A stretch of DNA of 64,000 nucleotides from assembly GCA_043228905.1 (NCBI GenBank), contig JBHGNT010000011.1, forward strand, positions 19,282,001 to 19,346,000, written 5' to 3'. How positions within the stretch are numbered: position 1 is the first letter of the stretch; each line of letters opens with the position of its first letter. This stretch comes from Azolla caroliniana (taxonomy: Eukaryota > Plantae > Polypodiophyta). Both the position numbers and the translations under genes were made by a program. The notes beneath the pieces were generated by a model. That model was not told where the DNA came from. It saw only the letters and a list, made by a program, of their open reading frames with translations, and searched no databases. Of this stretch, positions 26,960 through 39,600 are shown piece by piece.

Positions 26960-28059
26960 AATAAAGATTATACATTCGAAACTTGTAGAATATAAATGAT
27001 GCAAAGAGATATAATTTTGCTATAACATTCTCACCATTTTTGTCTTCCAAAGATTTAGTCTATTGAAGCGTTTAGCAACAGTCTTGTACCTGATGAATTG
27101 TCTCAAAAAGAGCACGTGTCTGCTAATACTACAACGGAAGAAAAACAAAATAAATAAATAAATAAATTTGCTTCCAATTTATGGTATGGTTAGTGAAACA
27201 GAATATTTTTCAGCCATTTATGCCAAAGTTAAGAAATTCCTTGATTTGTTTATGTTTTCTGTATCTTTTCTTTTACGTTGAAGGAAAATCAAAAGAGAAA
27301 GAATGGTTTATTTAGATTCACGGTCTATTTTAACAGAAAGCACCCGGATTTTCCGGTAGGTTCTGCAAAAGAGAAATAAAAAAGAAGAGAAAAATATATA
27401 ACTAACAATATAGCTCAAAGAAAAAGAGGAAATTTCTCTGCGATTTCTCCAACGGAGATTAGTAATTAGCGGAAAGGTTTAGTCAGGTGAATAATCAAAT
27501 AAAGGAAACTTTTTCCGGTGATATATGTTATTTACTCTAGGTTACGCAAAACAATACTGTCGTTGTTTTCTTTTTCGGAACTACAGGAAATGAGGGGGGA
27601 GGAAGTACAGGTCTCTGATGGAATTCCTCCGTTCACAATTTAATTTCACGTAGATGAAAATGTAAAGATTAATTTCTTAAACGAGGAAGGAGAGGGGGCT
27701 AAATTCTTACCGTTCATTTGCAGAAGAAGGAGAAGAAGTTTCGGTGGTGATGGTGATGGTGATGGCGATGGCGTAAGATCAGCTACTTAAACGAAGAAAG
27801 GGAAGGATTACATTCTCACGGCACAATTGCAGAAGAAGGAGAAGAAAGCATCGATGATCATAATCTGACGGCGACGGCGGGCGGCGGCGGCGGCGGCGGT
27901 AGTTTCTTCTGTTACAAGACCACGCCATTCCCATTTTCAAGAAATTCCCGCGCGTACCCCTTCCTCATTATTTCGAAATTCTGGCCAGTAACCTCCTATA
28001 GTGATTCCCCTCGAGAACAAGAAGAAGAGCTTTATGTATATTTTAAGCAAATGGAGCCT

Positions 28060-28530
28060 CTAGCAATGGGCCCGGTTTCGGCTCAAACAGAACCGAACCG
28101 TCAACCCATGGTTTAAAGGTTTATAAGTTCCAAAATATTTAAATGGTTTGGTTTCGTTTTAATTATAAATAAACGGTTCGGTTTGGTTTTGAAAATGGGG
28201 TTTATCGGTTTATAGGTTTAAGCGGTTTGATTTAAAGGTTTATAGGTTTTTGGGCTAACTTTTTTTTATCCTTAAATGTATGTAAATTCATGTTTAATTA
28301 ATGCTTTTTATTTATTTAATTCCCTTAACTTAAATGTTTATTTAATCTAATAGCTTAATTAATGCTTATTTATTTATTTAATTGATTTAACATGAATGTT
28401 TATTTAATTTAGTATATTTTTATTTATTTAATTTTTTAATTAGTTTAGGGAAAAGTTGAAACGAAACCAAGCCATTTAATAAAAAGTTTAAACTTAACCA
28501 CATAATGTCATTTTGACCCGAACCCTACAC
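28060..28530. mobile_element. MITE-like element with AACCG/CGGTT subterminal repeats upstream of IFT57
   Basis: Clustered AACCGAACC / GGTTCGGTTTGG motifs in both orientations around an AT-rich core. Confidence 0.5.
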
Positions 28531-28534
28531 ATAT

Positions 28535-31500
28535 TTCTCACAAATTCTCCTCGTCTATCCATTGATTAATTGGAACAAATGGTCAACAGGCTTGTGAAGT
28601 AAGATGGTATGGAATAAATTACTTTTGGGAATGTAGTTATCATGCTTTTGTTATAAGCAAACAATGTGGTGCTTTTTGCAAAATACTTTATAGATGCCCA
28701 AAAGTTACAAAATAAGTTGAGCTTATATAGCTCAAAAAATGAAGGATATGTTTGTGAATACTCAAAGTAATGCATAATAAGTTGAGTTTACTAGAAAGTG
28801 GGTTAGCCGTATTTTGAGCTTATATAGCTCAAAAAATGAAGGATATGTTTGTGAATACTCAAAGTAATGCATAATAAGTTTGAAAGATAGAAAGTGGGTT
28901 AGCCGTATTTTGCAAGAGATCCAATGCCATGATCAATTGGCACGAATTCTGGCTTTCTCATGAAACACATCCGGCGTGGCACCTACATCCCACTTTCAAA
29001 TGGATCAATCAAGGAGCGAGCACCAAATATTTGGGTTTCCAAATTGGTTTCAACATACCGTTGGAGACTATGATTGCACCCGTTATCCATTCCATTCAAC
29101 AAAAGTTGATACATTGGAGTTCAAAATCATTGTCGCTAGCAGGTCGCGTCATAGTGGCAAACCAGGTACTACTCGCAACAGCATCGTACAATCTATCATG
29201 TTGGACAATCTCCAAGGAAAGTATACATCAGACTCAACGACTGGTCCGCAACTACATTTGGTCTAGTAAGGAACACCATGTAACTCGCGCCAAGGTGGTG
29301 TGGCCTATACTCACAACGCCTAAGTCGAGAGAAGGATTGGGTCTTATTGATCCCCTTTCACAATCAAAAGCATTACTTGCCAAATTTGTGGTGCGAGGAC
29401 TCCAACCAAGAAATGACTGTTGGAAAATGCTATTGCAGTTACGTTTTGCTTACTTTAGGCCACGAAAAGGGGTCAATTGGGCCCCCCAAACAGGATGGAT
29501 TCTAAACATGGATCTAAAACCTAGGTTTTCCCGCCAATTGGAGGATAGATTCAATGCATCCATGTGGAAGGCATGGTGTGACATTAGACGAGGACTCAAG
29601 TGTGATCAATCGAGTTCCGAACCTGCCTGGCTCAATCAACGTATCCTATGGAACCCATGTATCAAGGATGAATCTAATCAACTATTGGGATCACGTAAGG
29701 GGTTGTCATGGGGATACATTGCAGAAGGTTCAGAGAAAAGTATAGAATGTTGGCGAAGGTTTATGTCACTGCCACTACAAGATCAAGCCAACATACTCCA
29801 TGGAATCAAGGGCGGATGGACTATGAGATCGGAAATCATTAATGCTCTACTGATTAGGGAAACTGCTACTCAAAGGACGACAATGGAGAAATGGATAGGC
29901 CACGAGGAGGAGGGATCTCTAATCTTGAGAGGTAGGGGAACACTAGACAAGATCAAAGGCTCTGAATTGTGAGACACTGAGACACCAACACATAATAACA
30001 CAATTCGAGTACTCGCGTATATTGGTCATAAATGGATTGTAGATCCTGATCCGATCAAAGTACAACCCGATTGGCACATATGTACTCATGAAAACACATG
30101 GCTACGTAAGGTTAGTTGGGACCCTTCGCAATGGACATGTCGTGATCCTTACGCGGGGCAAGGAGGCAAACCCATCCCTTTCTTCCAATTCACAACTAGA
30201 TTGGGTCACCACATTCTAACCGCTCAAACCGCTCAAACCGCCCGAGAGCCGGCTGCTGCGAAGGTCTGGCACACATTTCAAGTTCCTCCCACAATTATTA
30301 CCAAGTTTTGGCAGAAAATCTGGAAACAACAACACGCAAGGCGAATTACCATGTTCCAATGGCTATTAATACATAAGTCCCTACCGATGGGAGCATGGTA
30401 ACGTGGGAACCTTAACTCTCCTAATTGTGTAGAGTGCCCAAATGCAGTAGAATCAATACAACACGCTCTGTGGGACTGCCCAATGTCCCATCGAATATGG
30501 CGAGGGGTTGGCCGCTTGTTGCAATTATGCCAAGTGCAAGGCTCAATCAAGTGGGGAAATATATGTTGGCTATCATGGCAGACCCTAGTTGGCAGATACG
30601 AGCATCAGGAAGAGGGGATGACTTTGGTGATAAAAGCACAAGAGGTTTTTTTCTCCACCATCCGCAATGTCCACTCAACTCCTCTTAATGACAAATCTCA
30701 AGTTGTGTTGGAATTGGTCAGCCCAATAACTCTTTGGATGAATATATGGAAACAACGGTGTAGACGGGGCTTCTCCAACCAAACTGCGCATCGAACAAAG
30801 GTACTGCAAGAGATATGGAGTGAAATTGTAGCCATATGATGGCCTCAAGGTCGGCTCCAATGGAGTTGAAAGACAACGAATAGCCTTCATCCAACAATGG
30901 TCGTCCTCTCCCTTTCTTGAGTCAGTGGGCATCCACATAAGATGGAACTATCGCGTCCCTACAGGGATTTGTACATAATCGTCTCATTTGTAAAATTTTA
31001 TAACTAATTGAAGGAGTTTTTTTTTGGGGGGGGGGGGGGGGGAGGGGAGGGAGGAGTTGAGTTTGAATGGCTTTATAATGAATGTTTTGTTTATGCGGAC
31101 TCGAAATAAGGATAAATCATGTATTTTGTACATTAAATATCTTGGACTTCAGGTTCTTTCCAATCATAGATGGGATGAATGTGTTATTTGTTTCTTAGAA
31201 GCAAGAATGTGGGAAAGCGTGCTATTATAAATTTGAGAGCATACACACTTATGAAGATTTTAGGTTCTTAAGGATTACCTCCTTGACACTTTGGCAACAC
31301 ATTTCGCTACAGGGTTGGAGTATGGGGACAATAACATCTCAACTTTACTCAAGAAAAGTTTGAAAACGTCCAAAATTGCTTTCTCATGATGTTTCTTCAA
31401 GTCAAATTACAAATTTCGTACATGCTCTTACTACTTGTGGCCCGATCAATTCCCTTCAAGATAATGGCCATGTAAATACATGCTTAAGATTTCAAAAAAC

Positions 31501-31830
31501 AAATTGGCTTCTAATTGCATGCAAGACTAAAAAAGGAAAAGAGGTACATTATCGTGTCTTACTATTAGAACCTAATCTATAAGCTAATGAAGTTGAGAAT
31601 CATGTCATAAACCTCTCCCTTGTTAAAGATGTGAAAACAAATTGGGATCAATAGAAGGATGTCATTGTCAAGGCAGGGTATCAAAATTTCCATGCATGTG
31701 TGAGTGGACTAGTTTCCCATGTAGTGGGTGGTTTGATAAAGAATGCACGGTTCATATCAAAATGTTTAAACTTGCAAAAGATAAAGATGAAAAAGTCCTA
31801 ACATTGTATCAATACCGAACAATGTTAAAC
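28535..31830 (+). mobile_element. Old degenerate LINE RT fragment, split by a younger L1 insertion
   Basis: About 28640 reads MLLL*ANNVVLFA (a decayed LLYADD.VL motif). The RT resumes after 31055 with ...KYLGLQV.SNHRWDEC. Many stops. Confidence 0.6.
28790..31054 (+). mobile_element. 5'-truncated L1-clade LINE (end of RT plus zf-RVT) with 10-bp TSD
   Basis: ORF 28929-29972 (KYLGFQIG, WSSKSLSLAGRVIVANQVL, EGLGL), with a frameshifted continuation FWQKIWK, FQWLLIHKSLP and CVECPNAVESIQHALWDCP. AGTTGAGTTT flanks it at 28780-28789 and 31055-31064. Confidence 0.88.
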
Positions 31831-31849
31831 TTTGAAAAATAAGGTGCAA

Positions 31850-32720
31850 TATTATCAAATGGAAGAAATGAAGAAAAATGCAAATATTTAAACTACAACC
31901 AAAATTATCATGGAGACAACACAAGGGCAAAAATGAGGATATAATTGATAAATTCACCAAATGGGAGATGGAACATGTAAGTTTTATATGCATGACAAGA
32001 TAATGTCAATATTATCGAGTATGGAAACACCATATAATGCAATGTGTGTATTGAAGATGTTAATAGAGGGGTCAAAAAGATGTCTAATGCAACTTCAATG
32101 ACAATTGAGCTCTTGAAATGGAGTAGACAACAAAGTCACCTATGGATAGCAACTATCGTGGATCAAGCTATCAAGCAAGGTTTTCTAGATGATTGGCTTA
32201 TGAACTAGATTAAACCAATCCTTAAATGAAGAAATCAAAATTTGTTATCTAGCTATAGAGCTATCATAGTTAGTTTGATATGGTCATATAACACTATCAT
32301 GAAACAAAAGATTGGATCATGGGTTGAACAACATCACAAACAAGCACTAGGTGAAGTAAGCTTTAGAATAAAACATTTCATCTAAGGGTAATAAATTATA
32401 ATGAAGAAAGTCAATTTCAAGGGTAAATGTTTTAGTGTTGTCTTGTGGACTAGCTTTCGACAATGTATCAAGGAGTGAGCTTTGGAAAAGAATGATTGGA
32501 GTATATAACAATAGTAGCATGATTGCATGAGCAAGTTCGGTGCCAAACGAAAGTGGATAGTGGTTTTGTAAAGTGCTTCTTGAGCAATATGGGGGGCCAA
32601 CCAAGGATGTCCACTCTCTCCAACACTCTTTGCCTATGCATCAATAAACTATAAGAATAGTAAACAACGCTTCCAAAAATAGAAGGATTAGATATCTCAA
32701 TGCTTGTTATTAGAGACATG
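31850..32720 (+). mobile_element. Second degenerate LINE RT fragment (N-terminal RT subdomains)
   Basis: Decayed IKPILK, YRAIIV and QGCPLSPTLF (at about 32602) motifs. Confidence 0.65.
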
Positions 32721-32726
32721 AACTAA

Positions 32727-33076
32727 TGTAAGCATTAGATAAGGATAGAATATAGATAGATAGATAGAAAGGAGAGAGAGAAAGAAGGGTGTCAATCAAC
32801 CCGACCACCCCCAAGCGAAGGGATCAAGACGGACTCGAGCCTCGATCGGCGTCCCATACCACCGTCGTGGTGTCGAGTCATACCTAGTGCTAGCGCGCTC
32901 GCTACAAGAGTTGACCCACCACAAGACAGAGTCTCGACGTAGTCAACAAGATGATCAAATGATGGTAGTTAGGCCTCTTATTTATAGTGAAACCCAAGGC
33001 CCCCAGGCAAGTTCACACTTGGCCTAATGGGTTGTCTCAATCCCGAGGATTAAAAGCAATCCTCCCCTTCTTTACA
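32727..33076 (-). mobile_element. Solo-LTR-like segment
   Basis: TGTAAG...TTTACA ends, a GC-richer body, and CTATAAATA (TATA box) on the minus strand at about 32980. It terminates the LINE fragment. No TSD was found. Confidence 0.45.
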
Positions 33077-36000
33077 TTCTCGTTTAACCCTCACACTTAT
33101 CTACATGTATAGAATACTACGGTAAATTCTCACCACAGGATATTATATGGTCATGCCCGTAACACTTGTGTATGAGCTTATTTTTATATTCTTATATGTC
33201 AATGATGTTATGTTATTCGGATATACTTTGGATGATATATAACACCAACTTGATGTATTGGAAACATTTTGTTAAATCAACCGGCTAACTATTAACATGA
33301 ACACCACTTGGGGCATGGCGGTTTGGACATCACTTGCTCACTCTATTTTTAATTATGATAATGAGATTATGGACTATACTTTTAAGCACTAATTCCGGAA
33401 TAGGACGTGTATTTCCTTTAGTGTCCATGCAATTTTTAAGAAGAATGAAGGAGATGTAACCATTATGGGAGTTACAGAGTACTACCACCATATGCTACAT
33501 TCAGAAGTTTCGTTATTCTCTCATTTTCCATCAAGTTATAACCTCACTAGTTGACATAGTACGTAATATTTGGTTGGTCATGATCCATATTTTAAAAGGA
33601 CAAAAAGATTGTCTTATTGTCGTTTCTTATATGATATCATCTATTTGATCATATGTTGGTATTAACTTTTGTATTACAATAGAGGTGAGATGAAATGTCT
33701 CCTTCTGTTTTCTATACATATGTACATTTCTCAAGTAATATACTAAGGTGTATCTTTCTTGAAAAAGAATAAAATAAATAAATAAATTGCTCAACACCTT
33801 CAGTTTCTTACTCAGTGGAAAGATAGCCCACTTTTGTCCTTGGAAAATGGTAACCCTTTTTGGCATTTTCAGCCTCCAAGATGGTTGTTCCCTCTGTTGA
33901 TCACTTGAGAATTACAACAATATAAATTGCTTTATATGTACTAATGAAAAGGATATCTTTACAAAAAAAATTTGTTAACGTGAACAAAACAAAAATCACA
34001 GAAATAAAGGTAATATAACCAAGATACTACCCAACTTTTACGTGCAAGGCAATATAGTGATCCCTCCCATTGGGGTGGGATGGGAGTGTGACCCTCTAAA
34101 ACAGATAAATGAAACAAGACTAGATACAACTTCCCCTTTGTACATTCATGGTATATAGCAATGTGATAAAAAAAAGCAGGGTTCAAAAGTGAAAGAAATT
34201 TGCACGTCCCTAAACTCATATGCATTCATTTATCTTTTGAATTTTTTGTGTTCACTTTTCAATTGGGTTTGCCGAAAGGCCATTACTATGCATGTCAAAT
34301 AATTTTCTAAGCAAAAAATGTGAAAGTTCAATCTCTTAATTTCTAGTGACATCCATGTAATGATTTCTGGCAATTATGGGCATATTTTTCTTTCAAAACG
34401 ATTTCTTTTCTTATATTGTAGGTTTAATATTCCCGTAGTTTTTTATTGCAAAGTGTCAATTAATAAACGTTTGAGGACATGTATTAAGGAGGAATATTTG
34501 TATCTTATAACATGATCACATAGCAATTGCCAATGTACGTCCCATCTATGCAAATGTTTGGTTTCACAAACATTTTAACATCAGTGAGTCACTTTATGAA
34601 ATGCATCCAGTTCGACAATAGAAATGCAATCTTCTCACTCTTATATATAATGTATTCTTGTACGTACATCACATCACACTCCAATATAAGACTTCTACAA
34701 TATATCCTTAGTAGTTGTATATTTAGTGCGTCTCTGTCTTTTCATAAAATTAGTACACATATATTAAAACAACATCACAACACCTTTTTTTAGTAGCACT
34801 TTTATTACTAGTAGGAAACCTCAAAGTGACGTGAAAACCCACAAAGAATAAAGAGAAGTATACAAGTGTCAATTAGACACTAAAGAGTTTAGAAGCACTC
34901 AAAGTAAATAGTGTAAATTTGCAGTGTGATGCCTCTAAGTTGCACACAATCAAACAAAGATTGCTTGAGGGATTGCTAAAGACGCTAAATTCATGTAGTT
35001 GGTTTCAATCAAAGACCTTATTATTGTGGGTTGTCCAGATGGTCCACAGTGCCCAAAATCTTATCCACTGGAGAAAGTAAACATGATAATACCAAAACAC
35101 ATTGATGACTCTACTACAATAGTGAGGATCTTTATGAAGAGGGTAAACCCTTTAAGGTGTTGTAATAGTAGTTGAAACTTGACATACACATAACACCTTC
35201 GAGGAAAAGGTATGCTGAAAAGCTTATTTACGGAAATTGCCAAATTTCCTTGATACACCCAAGATCTTTATGGCGCAACGTAAACCCTTTCCCGTGTCAT
35301 AAGAGTAGTTGTTGTAAAGGTAATTCTTCAAACGTAAGTTACGAGAACAACCAAATCAAACATAACCCATCTCTCTCTCTCCACCTTTCTTTATAAATAT
35401 TAAAATTTCGTCCTAATTTGCAGCTAGAACTTCAAAATGTTGAAGGATTGGTACATATGTTTATTATTATTATTATAAAACATCATGCCTACAATTATTG
35501 GAAGGGATAAATACGTAGGTATGGTTGGGCAAGTGAAATAATAAAATGTGATAGTACGCAAATTTGACGAGTCTTCTTGTGTTTCTATTAACTAACATTA
35601 TATATTTACAAATGCCTTTCACATGATGAAAAGAATCTAGATTTTACTATTCATTCAACAAACACCTTAGAAATGTGTATAAATAACTAGAGTTGTATAA
35701 TTTCACAGGGCTTAGGGAGAGGAGTCAATGCACGATAAACATGATTGATTTCTATAGTTCCTCGAACATTTATTAGTCTACATTGTCTCATAGAGTGACA
35801 TATTTGATGACCTCTTCCATGTAGATGAATCAAACACTTATCCAAATGACTCACTATTATCCTAGTTCAATATCATTCCATTTCTTCTTTAACTTTGATG
35901 GAGCCAACCATGTGAAATTATGCAACTTTCACTTTGACGAAAATTTGCACACTTGCAAATTATTCTAGTCATTTTTGGGTCGGGGTCAATTGAAAACCTC

Positions 36001-36666
36001 CCATTTAATCTCGATCATTCGAAGATTACCACACATAAATTTCTTAGAAGTCTCTAAGTGTTAAATATAGCTAATAGTCTCAAAGATAAATACTCAACAA
36101 CTTTGAAATAGGTTTGGAAATGCTAACATGGAAGCACATTACTAGCTTTTAGCACTTGTTAAGGTAGGAAACGGTATCTGACTCATTCAACACTAAATTG
36201 AGAAGAATGCCAAATGATTGCAACTCTTAAAATATGTGGAGTTTGCTTGTAAATATTTACAAGGGAAGAAATATATACATAGATGCTTGCATGTAGGAAG
36301 GCTCGGACATGCAGTCTGCAATATCATTCCAATGTACGGAAAACACAACTCAAGCCGATCAGATCAGTGAACAAAATATTTGGTCATGCTATATTGTAAG
36401 GCTATATTATAAGCATGAAGATATGGAACCGTAAGTCCTTTCGGAAGTGGAGAGAATATTCTCGCACGAGATACTCCAAATCCTTTTCCCACTCATGTTT
36501 TGGTCGATAACCCGACAAGGGTTTCTCGGGACAAGGACAATAGTAGTAGTATGTAGTTAATTAGTAGTAGTTAGGAACAATATTATTATGGTCCTTGTCT
36601 AAAGACTAATATAAAGTCGTCTCCATTAGAAAGAGAAAGAGAAAGAGAAAGAGAAAGAGAGAAACC

Positions 36667-39600
36667 ATGGCTCCCCTGTTCCTAACAGATCTCTTCGCAA
36701 GACTATCCAACGGAAAAGAAAGTGTCAATGCCTCAGAACTTGCAGGCTTCCTTGCCTCCTCACAAGGAGAATCACACGGCCATGACTCTTCATATGCTAC
36801 CGAGGAGGAGCTCGCGTCTTCGCTCATCATCCAATTCCATCGATCTCGCGGCCATTCTGATGCTCCTAATGCCACCGGTTCCAGTCTCGATTCGTTGGAT
36901 TCCACGGAATTCCTGCAGTTCCTGCTCGACCCAGAGCTCAATCCATTGATGAAGCCATCAGAGAAGGTGGGAATTCATGACATTTCCAACCAAAACAAGA
37001 ATAATTATTATAGTAGATTCCATGGACCTACATTAAATGCAAAATCTTTGTTGAGAATTTCATTGAATTTGATCAATCACTAACGAACCCAGAATTACTC
37101 ATTGCTTCAATCATTAACATATAATGGATCTAATAAAGTCATGAATCATGAGTCAAATCCATTCATCTTACCATTCGCATCAAATGCTTTACTCTAATAG
37201 TAATGTTATATATATAGATCCATGCCAATCATGACACAAGGATTGTAATCACCACTTGATTACCTTTCCATGAACATAAAAAATGTTTTACTCTAATAGT
37301 AATGTTATATATATAGATCCATGCCAATCATGACACAAGGATTGGAATGATCACTTGATTTATTGGCATTTTGATGGAGTTACAATTATACCTTTTTAAT
37401 GACAATGACTGATTTCAATCTTCATGACATTATAATACATGTAGCCTACACACGACATGTCTCGGCCCATGTCAGATTACTTCATCTACGCGAGCCACAA
37501 TTCCTATCTCACTGGGAATCAACTTACATCGAAGTCGGGAACATCGATGATCAAGAAGGCTTTGCTCGATGGTTGTCGAGTCATCGAGCTCGATTGTTGG
37601 GATGATCATGGAGTCATTAAGGTGTTCCATGGCCAGTAAGTATGACTGACCAAACATTCTTTCTATGTCCATGGTGATGGTGCTTTATTGTGGCAACTAA
37701 CCTTGACCAACATTTATATGTATGTTCATGGTATCATCATGATGGTCCAGTATGGCCAACAAGTCCAACCAACTTGTGTGTAATTGACTCATAATGGTGC
37801 TCCAATTCAGCCACTAAGTTAGGCCATCACTTATTTGTATGTTCATGGTATCATTATGGTGCTCCAAAATGGAATTTAACTATGTTGGACCAAGTTACTT
37901 ATATTTGTGTTCATGGTGTCATGATGATGCTCCATGGTGAAATTTTGGAACCAGCTTATGTGCTTGTTTATTGTGTTCCAATAATAATGTATAGAAAGTC
38001 CAAAAAACACTTAATATATGTATGTTCATGGTGGCATTCAAGTGCTACATGGCTAGTAAGCTCAACCAACTTATGTGCCATGTACATGACATGTCACGAT
38101 TTTTTTCAATATCTTAGTACTTATACATGTCACTTCTTTTCTTCCTCCCACATTCAATAGTACCCTCACAAAGTCGGTGTCGTTCGAGGAATGCTTGATT
38201 GCCATCAAAGAGAATGCTTTTGTCACGTCCGACTACCCTGTTATAATAACCATTGAAGATCATATGGGCCCAGATCTTCAGAATGAGGCAGCAATTGTAA
38301 GCTTAAACGTTGGTGTTTTACATTTCCTACATTTCAAGGTTTAGCAACATGGGACTAATTATGTAAGATATTATATGAATGTGTGTAGAAAATGCGAGAT
38401 ATATTTGGCGATAAGCTTTTTGTACCTTCATCAAATGAGAAACCACCAATCCAATTTGCATCACCCGAGCTTCTTAAGCACAAAATCATAATATCAGATA
38501 CACCGCCAAAAGATACATGGCATGCCCAGGTATGATACATTTTGTTTGATTGAGAATTATGTGCAAGATATATGAAATAACATATCCTAAGAGATGACAA
38601 ATAAACTCTTATGCCCATAAATTACAACCAAGTAGTGGCTTGCTAACGTGGATGGACAATCCTCATTTGTGCACCACAAAATATGGTTATGAGCTTTGAT
38701 AAAATGAGGAGCCATACTATAGCTATTCATGTGAAGGTGAGAACCAAAAGATACAAGACCTCACATAAGGGTAAATGACCTTTTAAATACCATAAATGTT
38801 TCATGGAATTAAAAAGTTTTTGGCCAAAGATAATAGAAAGGCAACTATCCCTCAATATACTTGAAAACATAGGCCATCCTACACATGAACCATTGTTGTC
38901 CAAACATGTCATCATCTAAAAACTAATGGATTGATTTTGGTAAGCTACAATAGTAGTAGAGTTGGTACCATTGAGGATGATTGAGATGACATGCCAAAAA
39001 TACAAAGTGCACATAAAGGTAGGCAATCCTTTAAATACCATGAATGATGAGACCCTAGGTTTATATCCAACCCTGTAGTCATCAAGGAACTTTCGAGTCC
39101 AATCATTGGGCCCATTATTGGCGTTGTAATCTTATACATATGCTGACATTTGTTGGCCCAATTGAAAATTAAGCGAGACCTTACTCATGAGAACGAATCA
39201 AAATAGATTAGTAGTACCCAAAAAACACCCATTACAAATGAATTGGGCTTCCTAAGCCACTTAAAACAAGCCAAAGTAGATGGCTCTTTTGTGGTGCAAA
39301 GTAAACCTCCAATAACACTTTCGCAAGAATAAAGTAAAGGTAAAGTAAATAACATTCAACTCTAATAAAGTAAAATAAGAAGAATGGTTAGAACTTAGGA
39401 TTATCATCTTATTCAGATAAGAGAAGTGGTGAAATATCAGATCCTATCATCATCCCCCCTTCATGATTACGTGATTTCTCTCACACCAAGAATGCATTTC
39501 AAGAGCTAATGTTTGGCAAATATTAAACTATACTCTTGGTGGTGGATATATAAGACATTCATTGGGTTCTTTTTATAAGTTATTATGTAACATAATGAGA

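Noticed and set aside
36606-36941. 111-aa antisense ORF
   Set aside because: Shadow of PLC exon 1.
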